Shown in pieces: positions 12,934 to 25,135 of a stretch of 64,000 bases of DNA. Both the position numbers and the translations under genes were made by a program. Source of the DNA: Octopus vulgaris (Eukaryota); NCBI GenBank assembly GCA_951406725.2, contig OX597818.1, forward strand, positions 19,344,001 through 19,408,000. Reading direction: 5' to 3'. Each line of letters opens with the position of its first letter. Position 1 is the stretch's first letter. Below the pieces are notes generated by a model. It saw only the letters and a list, made by a program, of their open reading frames with translations. It ran no database searches and was not told the origin of the DNA.

Positions 12934-15900
12934 TTAAAAAACAGTAGGAAAAGAACGAAACCATTTCATTCTTTTTTTACTGTTTCTTTTAATATAACTT
13001 ATAGCACGCACCTCTTGAAACTTATTCCGAAACAAGTAAAGATGTTTATAACTAGAAACTTAACCTGCAATTTTTAATTCACAACTATTCATCTTAATCT
13101 AAACAAAACCCCCCACTCCATCAACGTCTATAGAAATTACGTGTGGCTACGAGACGATAGACACAAATATAAGACATCCTTAAGGAAAGCACATTATTAC
13201 ATGTGTTATACACATTTGAAATTATTTAGCACTTCTTTTTTTGCCTATGCATAATTACATGGAAATATACTTTCGCCTACTGAAGCAACAAGAGCTACTA
13301 ACTCACCCACAACATATCTGTTTTATTTTGTCGTGTGTCTTAAACGTAATTGAATTTTTGCTACCCTTACCCCCGTATTTGACAGAGACGTGAATCTTAA
13401 TGTAGTCAACCTATTCATTCATGAGTCACATCATATTTGATTACAATGATGTTGATAAATTATTATCTCTGCATCAGTGCATCATTCACTTTCATTGCCA
13501 TTTCACAAACTTTTTTTCTATTTCTCTCTCCTTCCCCTCCTTCTCTACGACCCTACATTCTCTTTGGTTTCGTGTTTCTTTTTTAATTTTTATCTTTCGC
13601 AAAACTTTTTTTTAAATCTCTAAATAATTTTCTCCTCTCACATTTGTTTGAAGACTTGGATTTATTTTTGTAAAATATAACAAAATTATTGATTTTTCAG
13701 TATTGAATTTCAGCCTTCTCGGTGATTATTAGATTGACTGGTAAACAAAAAACGTTAGTTTAGTTTATGACTATGCGTTCATTGCCAAACATTTCCCAAT
13801 TTTTTTTTAACATCGCTCTAGAAATTCCTTTGTGTTGCATGTGATAATTTTTGTTGAATATTATCATTGCTAAATGCTTCTATAAATGTTGGTAATTCGT
13901 ATAAAATGTTCAAGCTAATATAGGAGTTTAAAGAAATGATTTTATCTTTAAGATCTCCCATTAGTAAATAGTCAACCTTGTACAAATGCTACACTTTTAA
14001 CCACTGCTATTTTATCGTTAGCTATGTTCGATAATTCTACTTTTCATATTTGCGGCCTCTGTTATTGTACTTCATTTAACTATGACGTACGCCTCAAGGA
14101 CTCTCTTTTATCACAGTTGGAAATAGGATTACTATTAAGATGGTCAACCAACTGCAAATGAAGTAAGCAATTTAATCAACACTACAAGGAGTACTAATTT
14201 AGAATATTATTCGACGGTCTTTCACAATATCCCTACCTTTTTTTTTAGTTTTGAATTGCATACTCGTCAAATTCTGAGTAAACAGTTACCCTTGCCATTC
14301 TTTGTAAATATTTTGCATTGAATAAATTTCTCAATCTCAATGAAGTTTAGAGTATAAGCATTGATATATTCATTAGCGACAGAGGCAATAGTAATACCGA
14401 GAGGTAATATTTATTCACACTTAACTATGGATGTTCTGTTAGAGCAAACTATCTTGCGGTAGTTAGTCTCTCGTAAACTCTTGTAAACTCTCATATTGGT
14501 TTTTGGTGCAGCATACACTTGTTTGCATTGATATCGTATAATTGCCAGCAAGAGAGCAATGTATAAAAGAATTGGGGACTGTGATGAACAGTATCTTGCA
14601 GGATTTAATTACGTGTATTTAGATTTACTCCACCCCCACCGCTTATTTCGAGTTCGGAAAATACGTAACAGTGCAGTAGTTGGTTTAATCAAAGATATCT
14701 TTGCGTAAAACATGTGGTCTTGTACCTTTGTTAGAAATCCGTATTTTTAGAGAAAGTATCAGTAACAAGCGAATCATCGTCCTGATAAAAATAGGTTCAG
14801 GAAGTTACTCTTAAGTCTTTGAGTTTATTTGATTGAAATAAACTGTTATCGTCCACGTCTGTTTCAAATTTTTGAATACTGAACACAACAATAAATAATT
14901 AGTATAATTTATGTTCAATTTGAATTCGTGCATGTTGTTTTGAGAAATTCGTGGGTATAGAAAAATTCCAAGGATATATTTCTAGAGATTAAGGATTGAA
15001 TAAAATGTTTACTCTGATGTTCAGGAACGGCGAGAAATAAGATATGCCATTGAGTAGGTTTAATTAGGAGTAGTATTCAATTAGCACATCAAACGTGCTG
15101 ATTCAATACCAAGTTCAGCTGAAGGAACTTAGAGGTGAACATAGATGAACGGTGATTCAAAGAGAAATAAAGCTTGTCTTTCAGTAAACATTCTAAATAC
15201 AGTTTACAATATTTATATGTAACGTGTGCCGTTTTGTAGTGTTGTGCTTTTGCCTAGATTTAGAAACTGTTCATGGCGGAAGTAATCTCTGGTCCTGAAA
15301 TGCAATGAGGTATTTATATTACTATGATGACTGAGATGTAGACTTAAGCAATGATGATGTGTAAGGCATGTAAAACATGTGGTTGCGATGAAGTTTTTGT
15401 AGAAGCTAGCATTCAAAGGGGACAAGTGAATGTGACTGTGTTATGATACTTTTCTTTCCTTGAGATGTATTTTGCTTGTATTTTGGAATCTTTGGATGAA
15501 ACTTTGTTGCCTTGTTTCTTATTGAAGGATATTTTAGAGAATTTTATTTATGGGGTGGCGGAGGAATGATGTGCGTCAGGCAGGAGGTGATGAAGTATTT
15601 ATTCGGAGAGAGAAAAAAGTTAATGCCCGTGACCTTTTCGGATCCTACGAAACTGTTGGTGGCGGTGAGAATCTATGAAACAAAGCTAGCTTTAATAGGG
15701 TGCAGCACATCAAGATATTTAGGATTCTATTCTTAGAGTGGGGATATAGTTTGAGCGGTTATAACAGAGTGAACTCTCTACTAAAAGGATCTAATAGCTA
15801 TGTGGTGGAAGTATCAAACAGTATGACGGCTAAGTTCGTGAGTTAACGACTTTATCGTCCACGTTTGTTTATCCGTCGTTGGTGGAATCAATTTGGTATA

Positions 15901-15951
15901 GAATATAAAAGAGGGTGTATTGTGAGAAAGAGATTATATCTTTAATATGAG

Positions 15952-16140
15952 TTTCTAATTTAGGCAAAGGACCAATTATTTTAAGAGGAGCGGGTTATCT
16001 GATACCAGTGATCCCGTTACTTGACTGGTACATTATTTTATTAAACTCGGAGATATGAAAGGCAAAGTTTACTTTGGCGGAATTAGAACTCAGAACGAAA
16101 GAAAACCTACTCGGCATTTTTCTAAAAATTCTGCCCGTTC
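15952..16140 (-). mobile_element. SINE-A, diverged
   Basis: tgaaaggcaaagt...ggcggaattagaactcagaacg. Confidence 0.7.
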
Positions 16141-16154
16141 AACATCTTAAAACA

Positions 16155-16361
16155 GTTCCTAATTTAGGCACAAGGCCAGCAATTTTAGACGAGAGGGTTT
16201 TAGTCAATTAAATCGACTCCAGTTGTTGTACTTTATTACATCGACTCCTCCCCAGGGTGGAAGATGAAGGGTACAAATTGGAACGCAGAGCGTAAAGAGG
16301 CGGAATAAATTCAGCAGCGCGTATTTTTGACGATCTGACGACTCTGCCAACGCACCACCTT
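16155..16361 (-). mobile_element. SINE-A, diverged
   Basis: ggcacaaggccagcaatttt...ctctgccaacgcaccacc. Confidence 0.6.
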
Positions 16362-16393
16362 TTATCATTAATATTAATATTCTATCTACTAAA

Positions 16394-16608
16394 GGCAGCG
16401 AGCTGGCAGAAACGTTAGCACGCCGGGCGAAATGCTAAGCGGTTTTTCGTCTGCCGTTACGTTCTGAGTTCAAATTCCGCCGAGGTTGACTTTGCCTTTC
16501 ATCCTTTCGAGGTCGATAAATTAAGTACCATTTGCATACTAGGGTCGATCTAATCGAATGGCCCCCTTCCCCAAATAATTTCGGGCCTTGTACCTAGAGT
16601 AGAAAAGA
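16394..16608 (+). mobile_element. SINE-A, near-consensus
   Basis: ggcagcgagctggcagaaacgttagcacgccgggcgaaatgc...gggccttgtacctagagtagaaaag. Confidence 0.9.
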
Positions 16609-16627
16609 ATATTCTTTCTACTATTAA

Positions 16628-16823
16628 GGCGGTGAGCCGGCAGAATCTTTAGCACATCGGACGAAATGCTTAGCGGGATTTCGTCCGTCTTCACTTTCTG
16701 AATTCAAATTCCACCGAGTTCGACTTTGCCTTTCATCCTTTAGGAGCCGATAAAATAAGTATCAGTTGAGTACTGGGTTCGATATAATTGACACTTAGCC
16801 CCTCCCCGAAATCATGGGCCTTG
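16628..16823 (+). mobile_element. SINE-A
   Basis: Tandem neighbour of 16394 with the same core. Confidence 0.85.
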
Positions 16824-17349
16824 ACATACATATAGATGTGTTTGGGCTAACCGAATTTTACCCAATGGAAATAAAATATATGTCGTGTATATTTATAGTT
16901 TTACGTTCACACACAATCTAATATTAATAGAATTCATAAAGTAGTAGTTATCTATATCGGTGTGGAGCTTTTCTATAATATCATACTTTAGATACAAAAA
17001 TCTAATCTTTTTGTAGGAAAATAGTTTCTTCAAGTCTCTCACAGTACAATTCGAACAATGAATAGTAAGCTTCGAGATTCTTTTGAGATTGAACAGAAAT
17101 ATATTCAATTGCTGTGAAGTTGCAAATCAGCCTTAATCGAAAAGACATGATCAAAAACATTCCAGCTGGGAATATGCAGCCTGTTTCTTCTTTCTTCTCT
17201 TTTTTTTTTATCTCAGACTTTGATATATATATGTAGGACTCCATCATTCAATGTTGCCTTCATGTCTGTACCTATGCGCAACTCCACAGACACCTAATAC
17301 AATTAGTGAAAGCATAGTACAAGCTAGCAAGACAATCTCGAATTTGAAT

Positions 17350-17510
17350 GATGGCCGCTAAAGTATTTATTCGACCTCTGTACTTGTTTTTAGATCTGAT
17401 CCTTTTTTCTGTCGGTCCCGTTTGCCGAACCGATAAGTTATGGGGACGTAAACAAACTAACAAATGTTGTCAAGCTATGGTGGGGACAAACGCAAGCACA
17501 AAGGCACACA
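17350..17510 (-). mobile_element. SINE-B 3' half, diverged
   Basis: tttgccgaaccgataagttatggggacgtaaac...tgtcaagc..gggacaaac. Confidence 0.7.
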
Positions 17511-18013
17511 TACATATATATATATGCACACACACATATATGTATATATGTATCTATGTGTATATATGTGTTGCTTGTGGGTGTATGCATATATATATAA
17601 TGTCATGATATATGGATTCATGTAATCCGGTAGTACTTAGTATGTCATTGTACAAACCATATAGAGTATGTAGTAATATACACGAGAAAAGAATAAGGAG
17701 AATATAAGAATATAAATGTCGGAGAAATATTATTCTTTTATTCTTTTACACCTTTCAGGCTTTTCACTGTGCCCATTCAGGAGCACCAACTTAGAATGAT
17801 CAACTTTTTTTTAACAATAAACATCAAAATATCACGACAGATCTATTTCAGTATCCCCAAAACATGTAAATAGCTCATATTATCGGATTTAATAATAAAT
17901 AAGTTACTTTCATGTCTGCATTAATGAGAAATGCGAAAGGTTCATTAAAGATAATGCAGAATTTGGGCTACTTCATTTAGGTGGAAAAGGTTAATTGTTA
18001 TATATATATATAT

Positions 18014-18048
18014 AAGCTGGGCCACTGAAATCTTGAAGTTTTTTCATA

Positions 18049-18122
<74 letters not shown>

Positions 18123-18263
18123 ATTTCCTCCTATTCCTTTCTGTTGAAGAGCATAGGCTCGAAACGTAAAAGACTTTTTTTCATTTTCCCGAGTGTCAAA
18201 CTAATACACTTGCTTGTTGTTCATACACTTGTCTTCGTCTTTTGTTTTTCTATAAATTTCAAC
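18014..18263 (+). mobile_element. Penelope-like non-autonomous element (CUGUUGA hammerhead family)
   Basis: Aligns to 31035-31230; flanked by TA/CA microsatellites. Confidence 0.6.
18136..18173 (+). ncRNA. Minimal hammerhead-like motif with variant core CUGUUGA
   Basis: cttt-CTGTTGA-a-gagc(atag)gctc-GAAA-cg-T-A-aaag. Confidence 0.5.
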
Positions 18264-18264
18264 C

Positions 18265-18296
<32 letters not shown>

Positions 18297-18302
18297 ACGC
18301 AC

Positions 18303-18344
<42 letters not shown>

Positions 18345-18434
18345 AAAGAATAAAAAGTTTTGAATGGTACAACAATGCACTATAATACAAACGATGGGCT
18401 ATATACCTGGTGTAATTTAGTCATCCATAGTTTG

Positions 18435-18471
18435 ATATGATATTTCGGAATAATATGCCTTCTTCAGATAT
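18435..18471 (-). ncRNA. Minimal type I hammerhead motif (Penelope-type)
   Basis: Minus strand atat-CTGAAGA-a-gg(catattatt)cc-GAAA-ta-T-C-atat; canonical core, palindromic stem III, AUC site. Confidence 0.5.
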
Positions 18472-18860
18472 TCTTAGATGGAGTCACTGCTATAATCGGT
18501 TTTCTAAAGGCTTTTCTTTTTTATTATGTGGAAGCGTCTCAGCAGTGGCCTCACGATGCTCCTTCCGCAATTCCTCGTGAGAAGTGTGTGAGGTCGGCCA
18601 TGTCTCAATCTCGTGTGTGCTGATACATCCGTAGCGCTGCTTCTAAGTTACGTATTATACGTGCAGCTTCCTCTTTCTTTTCTTTTTTCTCTTCTCTTCC
18701 TTTTTTTGTTATAAACTACAGATGAGCATATTATCAAAAATGAACGTACACGCATCCAGATGTGTCTAAATAATGTATTGATTACCAACCTCCAGCCTGT
18801 TGTTAATTTGGGGCCCATGTCTGTGTATGAGTAATAGCTTCCTTAATTCTTTCCATGAAT

Positions 18861-19285
18861 ACCAGCCTCCCACTCTCCACACCACCGATGTTATCCAAGG
18901 CAAAGGCCGATACAGCTTGGTGAGAACTGGCAGAAACATTAGCACGCCGGGCGAAATGCTTAGCGGTATTTTGTCGGCAGTTACGTTCTGAGTTCAAATT
19001 CCGCCGAAGTCAACTTTGCCTTTCATCCTTTCGGGGTCGATAAATTAAGTACCAGTTACGCACTGGGGTCGATGTAATCGACTTAATACCTTTGTCTGTC
19101 CTTGTTTGTCCCCTCTATGTTTAGCCCCTTGTGGGTAATAAAGAAATAGGTATATATAGCCGAGTGAACTGGAGCAACGTGAAATAAGTGTCTTGCTCAA
19201 GAACACAACACACAGCCCAGTCTGGGAATCGAACTCTCTACCACATGACTGTGAGCCCGACGCTCTAGCCATTGAGCCATGCGCC
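18861..19285 (-). mobile_element. SINE-C interrupted by SINE-A
   Basis: Head at 19158-19285 (reverse complement of tggctagagcgtcgggctcacagtc...gttcgattccc...gtgttcttgagcaagacac); the putative tail at 18861-18920 is assigned from remembered family sequence. Confidence 0.6.
18925..19152 (+). mobile_element. SINE-A nested in SINE-C
   Basis: Near-identical to 49497-49725. Confidence 0.9.
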
Positions 19286-19339
19286 TTATATAATAATTAG
19301 ATTATCTAAATTTTCAGTAAATAATTTTTCAATTTCGAG

Positions 19340-19490
19340 AGTGTTGCGGCATATGACAGTACCCGAAAAAGGCTGGAAGGCACAACGGCCGAAATGTTGT
19401 AACTATAAGAACCACAATAAGAAGAAGACAAGACCGAATATATCAGTGTATAATGATAAATCTTCGTATCAAAAACTCAGACAAAAATAA
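19340..19490 (+). mobile_element. Penelope-like remnant with degenerate hammerhead
   Basis: ccgaaaaa-ggct...ggcc-gaaatgtt followed by an A-rich tail. Confidence 0.4.
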
Positions 19491-19789
19491 ACAGCTACAC
19501 GAGTGTGTGAGTGTGCTAATGCGCGCGCGCATCGTACGCGTGTAATACTATACGCAGTCAGTAGACTAAACAGTTACCCGGATACACATGTAATTTACGA
19601 AGAAACGAAATCTGCTACTCTACTACCTAATTCGTTTCACCATCTGGGGGGGGGGGGGGAGCGAATTTCTTCTGAGTCTATTCTATTCTATACTTTGCAG
19701 AATTCAAGGCAAGGGTCAACTAATTATATATTTTCTTCATTTTATTAACTTTAGAAACTGCATTGCAATCATTCCGATAGCTTATTTTC

Positions 19790-20181
19790 TTTTATTCTTT
19801 TACTTGTTTCAGTCATTTGACTGCGGCCATGCTGGAGCACAGCCTTGAAGGGTTCTGGTCGAACAAATCGACCCCAGTACTCTTTTTTTTAAAAATCCTA
19901 GTACTTATCCTAACAGAATCTTTTGATGAACTACCAAGTTACGGGGACGTAGTCACACCAACACCGGTTGTCAAGTGATAGATGATGGTGGGGGTGGGGG
20001 TGGGGACAAACACAGACACAAAGACACACACGCGCGCACCCCCACTCCATATATATACGACGAGTTTCTTTCAATTTCCGTCTACCAAATTCACTCACAA
20101 GACTTTGGTTGGCCCGAGACTATAATAGAAAACATTTGCCCAAGGTGCCACACAGTGGGACTGAACCCGGGACCATGTGGT
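19790..20181 (-). mobile_element. SINE-B
   Basis: Reverse complement of 9040-9464, lacking the extreme 5' end. Confidence 0.85.
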
Positions 20182-20314
20182 AAGAAGCTTGCTTCCTGAC
20201 CACATGGTTCCAGGCTCAGTCTATAGACTCGGGCAGACCAAAGTCATGTGAGTAGATTTGGTAGATAGAAATTGAAAGAAACCCGTTGTGCGTGTATATA
20301 TGTATGTATGTATG

Positions 20315-20348
<34 letters not shown>

Positions 20349-20578
20349 TGTATGTATGTATGTATGTATGTATGTATGTATGTGTGTGTGTGTGTGTCTG
20401 TGTGTGCGTGCGTTTGTCCCTCACTACCGCTTGACAACTCGTATTGATTATGGTCCCATAACTAAGCGATAGAATAAGTTTCAAGCTTAACAGAAAAATC
20501 GATTCATTCGACTAAAAGTTCTTCAAGGCGGTTCCCCGCCATAGCCGCAGTCTGATGACTGAAACAAGGAAAAGAAAG
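20176..20578 (+). mobile_element. SINE-B fused head-to-head with the previous copy
   Basis: tgtggtaagaagcttgcttcc...gactgaaacaag. Confidence 0.8.
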
Positions 20579-20799
20579 ATGTATATCTTAAACAGTATTT
20601 ATTGACTGTGTGGTATTGACAAAAAGAGAACGATAGAATAAGCACTAACTTTAAAGCAATTAAGTACTAGGCTCGCTTTGTTCTATTGAATCCTTCATGG
20701 ATTCTTGACTGGGAGAAGTAAAAGATAAAAGACAACACATTTACTGTATATCACAAAACCTCTTAAATATGACCAGCAGCTTAACATTTATCAAATAAA

Positions 20800-21137
20800 G
20801 GCGGCGAGCTGGCAGAAACGTTAGCACGCCGGGCGAAATGCTTAGCAGTATTTCGTCTGCCGCTACGTTCCGAGTTCAAATTCCGCCGAGGTCGACTTTG
20901 CCTTTCATCCTTTCGGGATCGATTAAATAAGTACCAGTCATGCACTGGGGTCGATGTAATCGACTTAATCCGTTCGTCTGTCCTTGTTTGTCCTCTCTGT
21001 GTTTAGCCCCTTGTAGGTAGTAAAGAAATTGGTATTTCATCTGTCTTTACGTTCTGAGGTCAAATTCCGCCGAGGTTGACTTTGCCTTTCATCCTTTTGG
21101 GGTCAATAAATCAAGTACCAGTTGCGAATCGGGATCG
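20800..21137 (+). mobile_element. SINE-A, dimeric form
   Basis: Core gttc..aaattccgccgagg..gactttgcctttcatcc occurs twice, with two different tails. Confidence 0.9.
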
Positions 21138-22340
21138 ATCTAATTGACTAACCCCTTCCCCCAAAATTTCAGGCCTTGTGCCTAGAGTAGAAAAGATTAT
21201 ATTCGTGAAAATACAAACTGATATCCCGTTTACATTAAGACTACACTCAGTGACCTCTCATACAAATTGCTTGTGTTCAATGTGGCTATAACTGCATTGA
21301 TGGACTGCTTTTCGAAAGGTAAAAATATGTTAGCCCTGAATGCGTGTATTCTTTAGAAAGCCCACATAATCCTCAGTCTTGTGAAATCTCTTGTTTACGT
21401 ATGCCTCTTAGAAGATTGATTCCGCCAAAGCAAGTTGCCTTTTAAGCAGACCCACCTTAAATTCTCTCCAATTTCGTCCACACCTTGAAACTATCATTTC
21501 GACCAATCTTTTATGTATTATAGCAGTTAAGGTTTCTCTTCCACTACTCGCTTAATATCTTCCCCACTAAAAAAATAAGTTTCGCTAGCCTTCTTCTTTC
21601 AGCTTACGTCTGAAATCTTCAATTTCTTACAATGTTACAAAGGTCTAAGGTAAACTATGTTGTGTAACTTCCATGCTTTTCTCAAGAGAATTACCTAAGC
21701 GAAGTAAACTGATCAGCAGCTGATATCGAAATCAAATATTGTAACTACCATCTCTTTTAATAACATGTATATGGCTTTTACATCTCACTAAAATAGCCAA
21801 CGATTACGTATGTGTTACTAGTAAAGTAAAAGTTACGTATATATTTACAGTCAGCTGTGTCAACGTTGGTGTAGATCATTATGCACAGTGATAGTATCAT
21901 TTGAAATAACATTTACATCTATCTCTAACGGTAATCTTTTTCACAGCATGACAGTTAAAAACTCAAATTTGCCACCCTATTTCCTTTCAGTCGAGCTTGA
22001 AAGTCCATGAAATTAAATACACTATTTCTCTCGTTTCTTGCTAGTTTAAAAGCTTTACACACAAGATGGACATATAATCTTATCGCTTATCATCTACACA
22101 AAAGCCTGTGTGTGTGTGGCATAAACGACAGAGCAACACAGAAAATAGCTTGTAGCTATTTAATTACATTTCTTTATCTTCTACATTCGTATCCTGTTGT
22201 GCTGTATTTTACTTTTTTCATAGTTTCGGGTCATTTAATTAAATACTAGTTAAATAGTAATCGATTTAATCGATTGTTCTCTCTTCAACATTTGCGACAT
22301 AGCGTCGATGTTACAAATCAATTATAATCCACACAGTAGG

Positions 22341-22522
22341 CAGGAGCATAGCTTGCGGGATAGGAGGCGAGTGGGTATGGACCACTCGGGCGACGTTTTT
22401 ATAGGAGCGGCACTTTTAGGTTTCCTGTATAAGCCTGTATAGGCTTGTGAGTCTGGACTCGGGTGGGAAGAAATCAAGGGTTGCCCCCAAGTGACATACA
22501 TTGTATGATAGCTACTACTCTG
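22341..22522. mobile_element. MITE (hAT-like)
   Basis: Imperfect TIRs caggagcatagct / agctactactctg; flanking 8-mers acagtagg / acagtgga. Confidence 0.5.
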
Positions 22523-22698
22523 ACAGTGGAGTTAGAAAAACACTCATGGCGAACCGATTTTGCAAAGCGGTTACCACGACGGCTAAATCTTTCGTTTTAC
22601 TTATGCCTAGAGAAAGGGCAGGAACGTAGTAAAATGTTTTTCTTCTTTCCTTATAAACTGTGGCCTTTTATCAGTTATAATCCAAAATAAGGAATACC

Positions 22699-22931
22699 TA
22701 TTTCTTTACTGCCCACAAGGGGCTAAACACAGAGGAGACAAACAAGGACAGACATAGGTATTAAGTCGATTACATCGACCCCAGTGCGTAACTGGTACTT
22801 AATTTATCGACCCCGAAAGGATGAAAGGCAAAGTCGACCTCGGCGGAATTTGAACTCAGAACGTAACGGCAGACGAAATACGGCTGCGCATTTCGCCCGG
22901 CGTGCTAATGTTTCTGCCAGCTCGCCGCCTT
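22699..22931 (-). mobile_element. SINE-A, young
   Basis: Near-identical to the reverse complement of 49497-49725; 24-bp duplicated target. Confidence 0.92.
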
Positions 22932-22933
22932 CT

Positions 22934-23047
22934 AGATTAAACTCGGTGGGTACTCACTTTCCAATCCTCGGTATTCCTTATTTTATATTATAATCCAAAA
23001 TAAGGAATACCGAGGATTGGAAAGTGAGTTCCCACCGAGTTTAATCT
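22934..23047. repeat. Near-perfect inverted repeat (51-bp arms)
   Basis: agattaaactcggtggg...ccttatttt / aaaataagg...cccaccgagtttaatct, 1 mismatch. Confidence 0.95.
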
Positions 23048-23871
23048 GCGAGAAAACATACCAATTCCATGTAACAGCAATTTCATTTCTCTTCAACAGC
23101 TCAAACAACACAACTATAAAACGTAAACTATTGTGGAGATGAAAGAAACTAGTTATATTTAGAGTGCTAAGTTAGCAGACTTCTTGTCAGTGAATCATAA
23201 GGTGTCTTATTTCCTCTATATTTTTCTTACCATACAAAGGTCAAGTGAGCAGCTGACTTCCACAACAGAGCATGTTTTCATTTTGTTGTCCTAAACAGCC
23301 AAACGTAAAAGATCAGTTTTGTTTTCGTTAGAATATAGGTATACATGTATGTAAGTACGCATACATGGTTGCATGTATATATATATGGATGGATGAATGC
23401 GTATACGTATAAATGTAGCTTTATATGGTTAGTGTAAACGAAAAAGATAATGAATATTTATTTCCCCACTTAGAAATATAATGTAATTCAATATTTTGCG
23501 TTTTACGTTATAGACCGCTCCCAGAGAAGTAATCTGCGTTGAATATACATACATACATACATACATACATACATACATGTACATTTTATATATTATATAT
23601 TATGCATGTATCTATGTTATGTATGCATGTATGGATGGATGAATGTGTGTGTGTATGTATGTTCGCCCGTATACATACATTTTATTTAAACGCAGTTCTT
23701 TTTCTCGCGACGCGAACTGGCATCATTGTGATCATCTGGCGAAATTTAACAAGCCTTGTGAAACTCGAGTCGCGAGAAAAAGGATTTGGTTTAAGTCAGT
23801 AATATACTCTACATCGTACATTGAGTACATTTATACATGTGCGTTTCAAAACAGTAACATCTCAATATCCA

Positions 23872-23939
<68 letters not shown>

Positions 23940-23991
23940 GTGTGTTTGTACGTCTCAGGTGCCAATGGATAATTGCAATATATCCTTTGTA

Positions 23992-24250
23992 GATGTGCGT
24001 GGCTTAGTGGTTAGGGTGTTGAACTCATGATCGTAAGAAGGTGGTATCGATTCCTGGACCGGGCTACGCGTTGAGTTCTTGACCAAAACACTTCACTTTA
24101 CGTTGCTCATTTCACGTTGCTCCAGTCCACTCAGCTGGCAAAAATGAGTAATTCCTGCGACAGACCGGCGTCCCAACCAGGTGGGGAATATATACGTCAT
24201 TGAACCGGGAAACCGGCCCTTATGAGTCGGCTTGACTCGAGAAGGTAACT
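23992..24250 (+). mobile_element. SINE-C
   Basis: tggcttagtggttagg, atcgattcc, ccagtccactcagctgg, cctgcgacagaccggcgtccc. Confidence 0.8.
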
Positions 24251-24807
24251 TTAATACATCCTTTAGAAGCGGGGATATTTTTAATAAAAAGAGGGTTTAT
24301 GCTGGATGGTGTTTGATACGATAGTATTTCTCTCTGACTCACTCGCTCTCCCTTTTTCTCTCTCTCTCGCCACAAAAATTCGAATATACGGTGTGCGTGT
24401 GCGCGTGCATGTTTGTGTTTATGTATGTGTGTGTGTGTGTGTGATCATACAAGTTCACGTAATAAAGAAAGAAGCAAAAAAAACAAAACAAAAAAAAACA
24501 AGCACAAGCTTTTAGATGACCGAGTAATTAAGCAGATTTTAATTCCGGAACTAAAGATGCAGTAAGCAGAATGCTTATGCTAATCAATTAAGCCGTACTA
24601 ATGAATTAAGAACATTAGAACATTTTTAAAATAAAAACAACAAAATAAACTTTATATAATAGGGAAAAGTTGTTTGAACTCCTTTCATTGTACTCAATCA
24701 ATTTGTCAACTGCATTGTTTATTTAATCTCTTAAGCTCCCGAAATTGCAACTAATTATATTAGACCTCCACATAAGCTTCCATTATATTTTCACCTATTT
24801 CTTTATA

Positions 24808-24920
24808 ATATATATATATATATGTGTGTATATATGTGTGTGTGTGTGTGTATGTATGTATATATATGTGTATATATATATATAAATATGTATGTATGTA
24901 TATATATATATATATGTTTG

Positions 24921-24963
<43 letters not shown>

Positions 24964-25014
24964 GTATGTATATATATATATATGTATGTGTATATATATG
25001 TATGTATACGTATA

Positions 25015-25066
<52 letters not shown>

Positions 25067-25135
25067 TTTCATATATATATATATGTATGTATCGTATATG
25101 TGTGTGTATATATATATATATAGAGAGAGAGAGAG
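24808..25135. repeat. Compound (TA)n/(TG)n/(GA)n microsatellite
   Basis: Direct reading. Confidence 0.95.

Noticed and set aside
18548-18630. HDV-like ribozyme (ggcctca...ttcctcg...tgaggtc-gg)
   Set aside because: P3 is not adjacent to P1' and P2 cannot be assigned; reads as a simple hairpin
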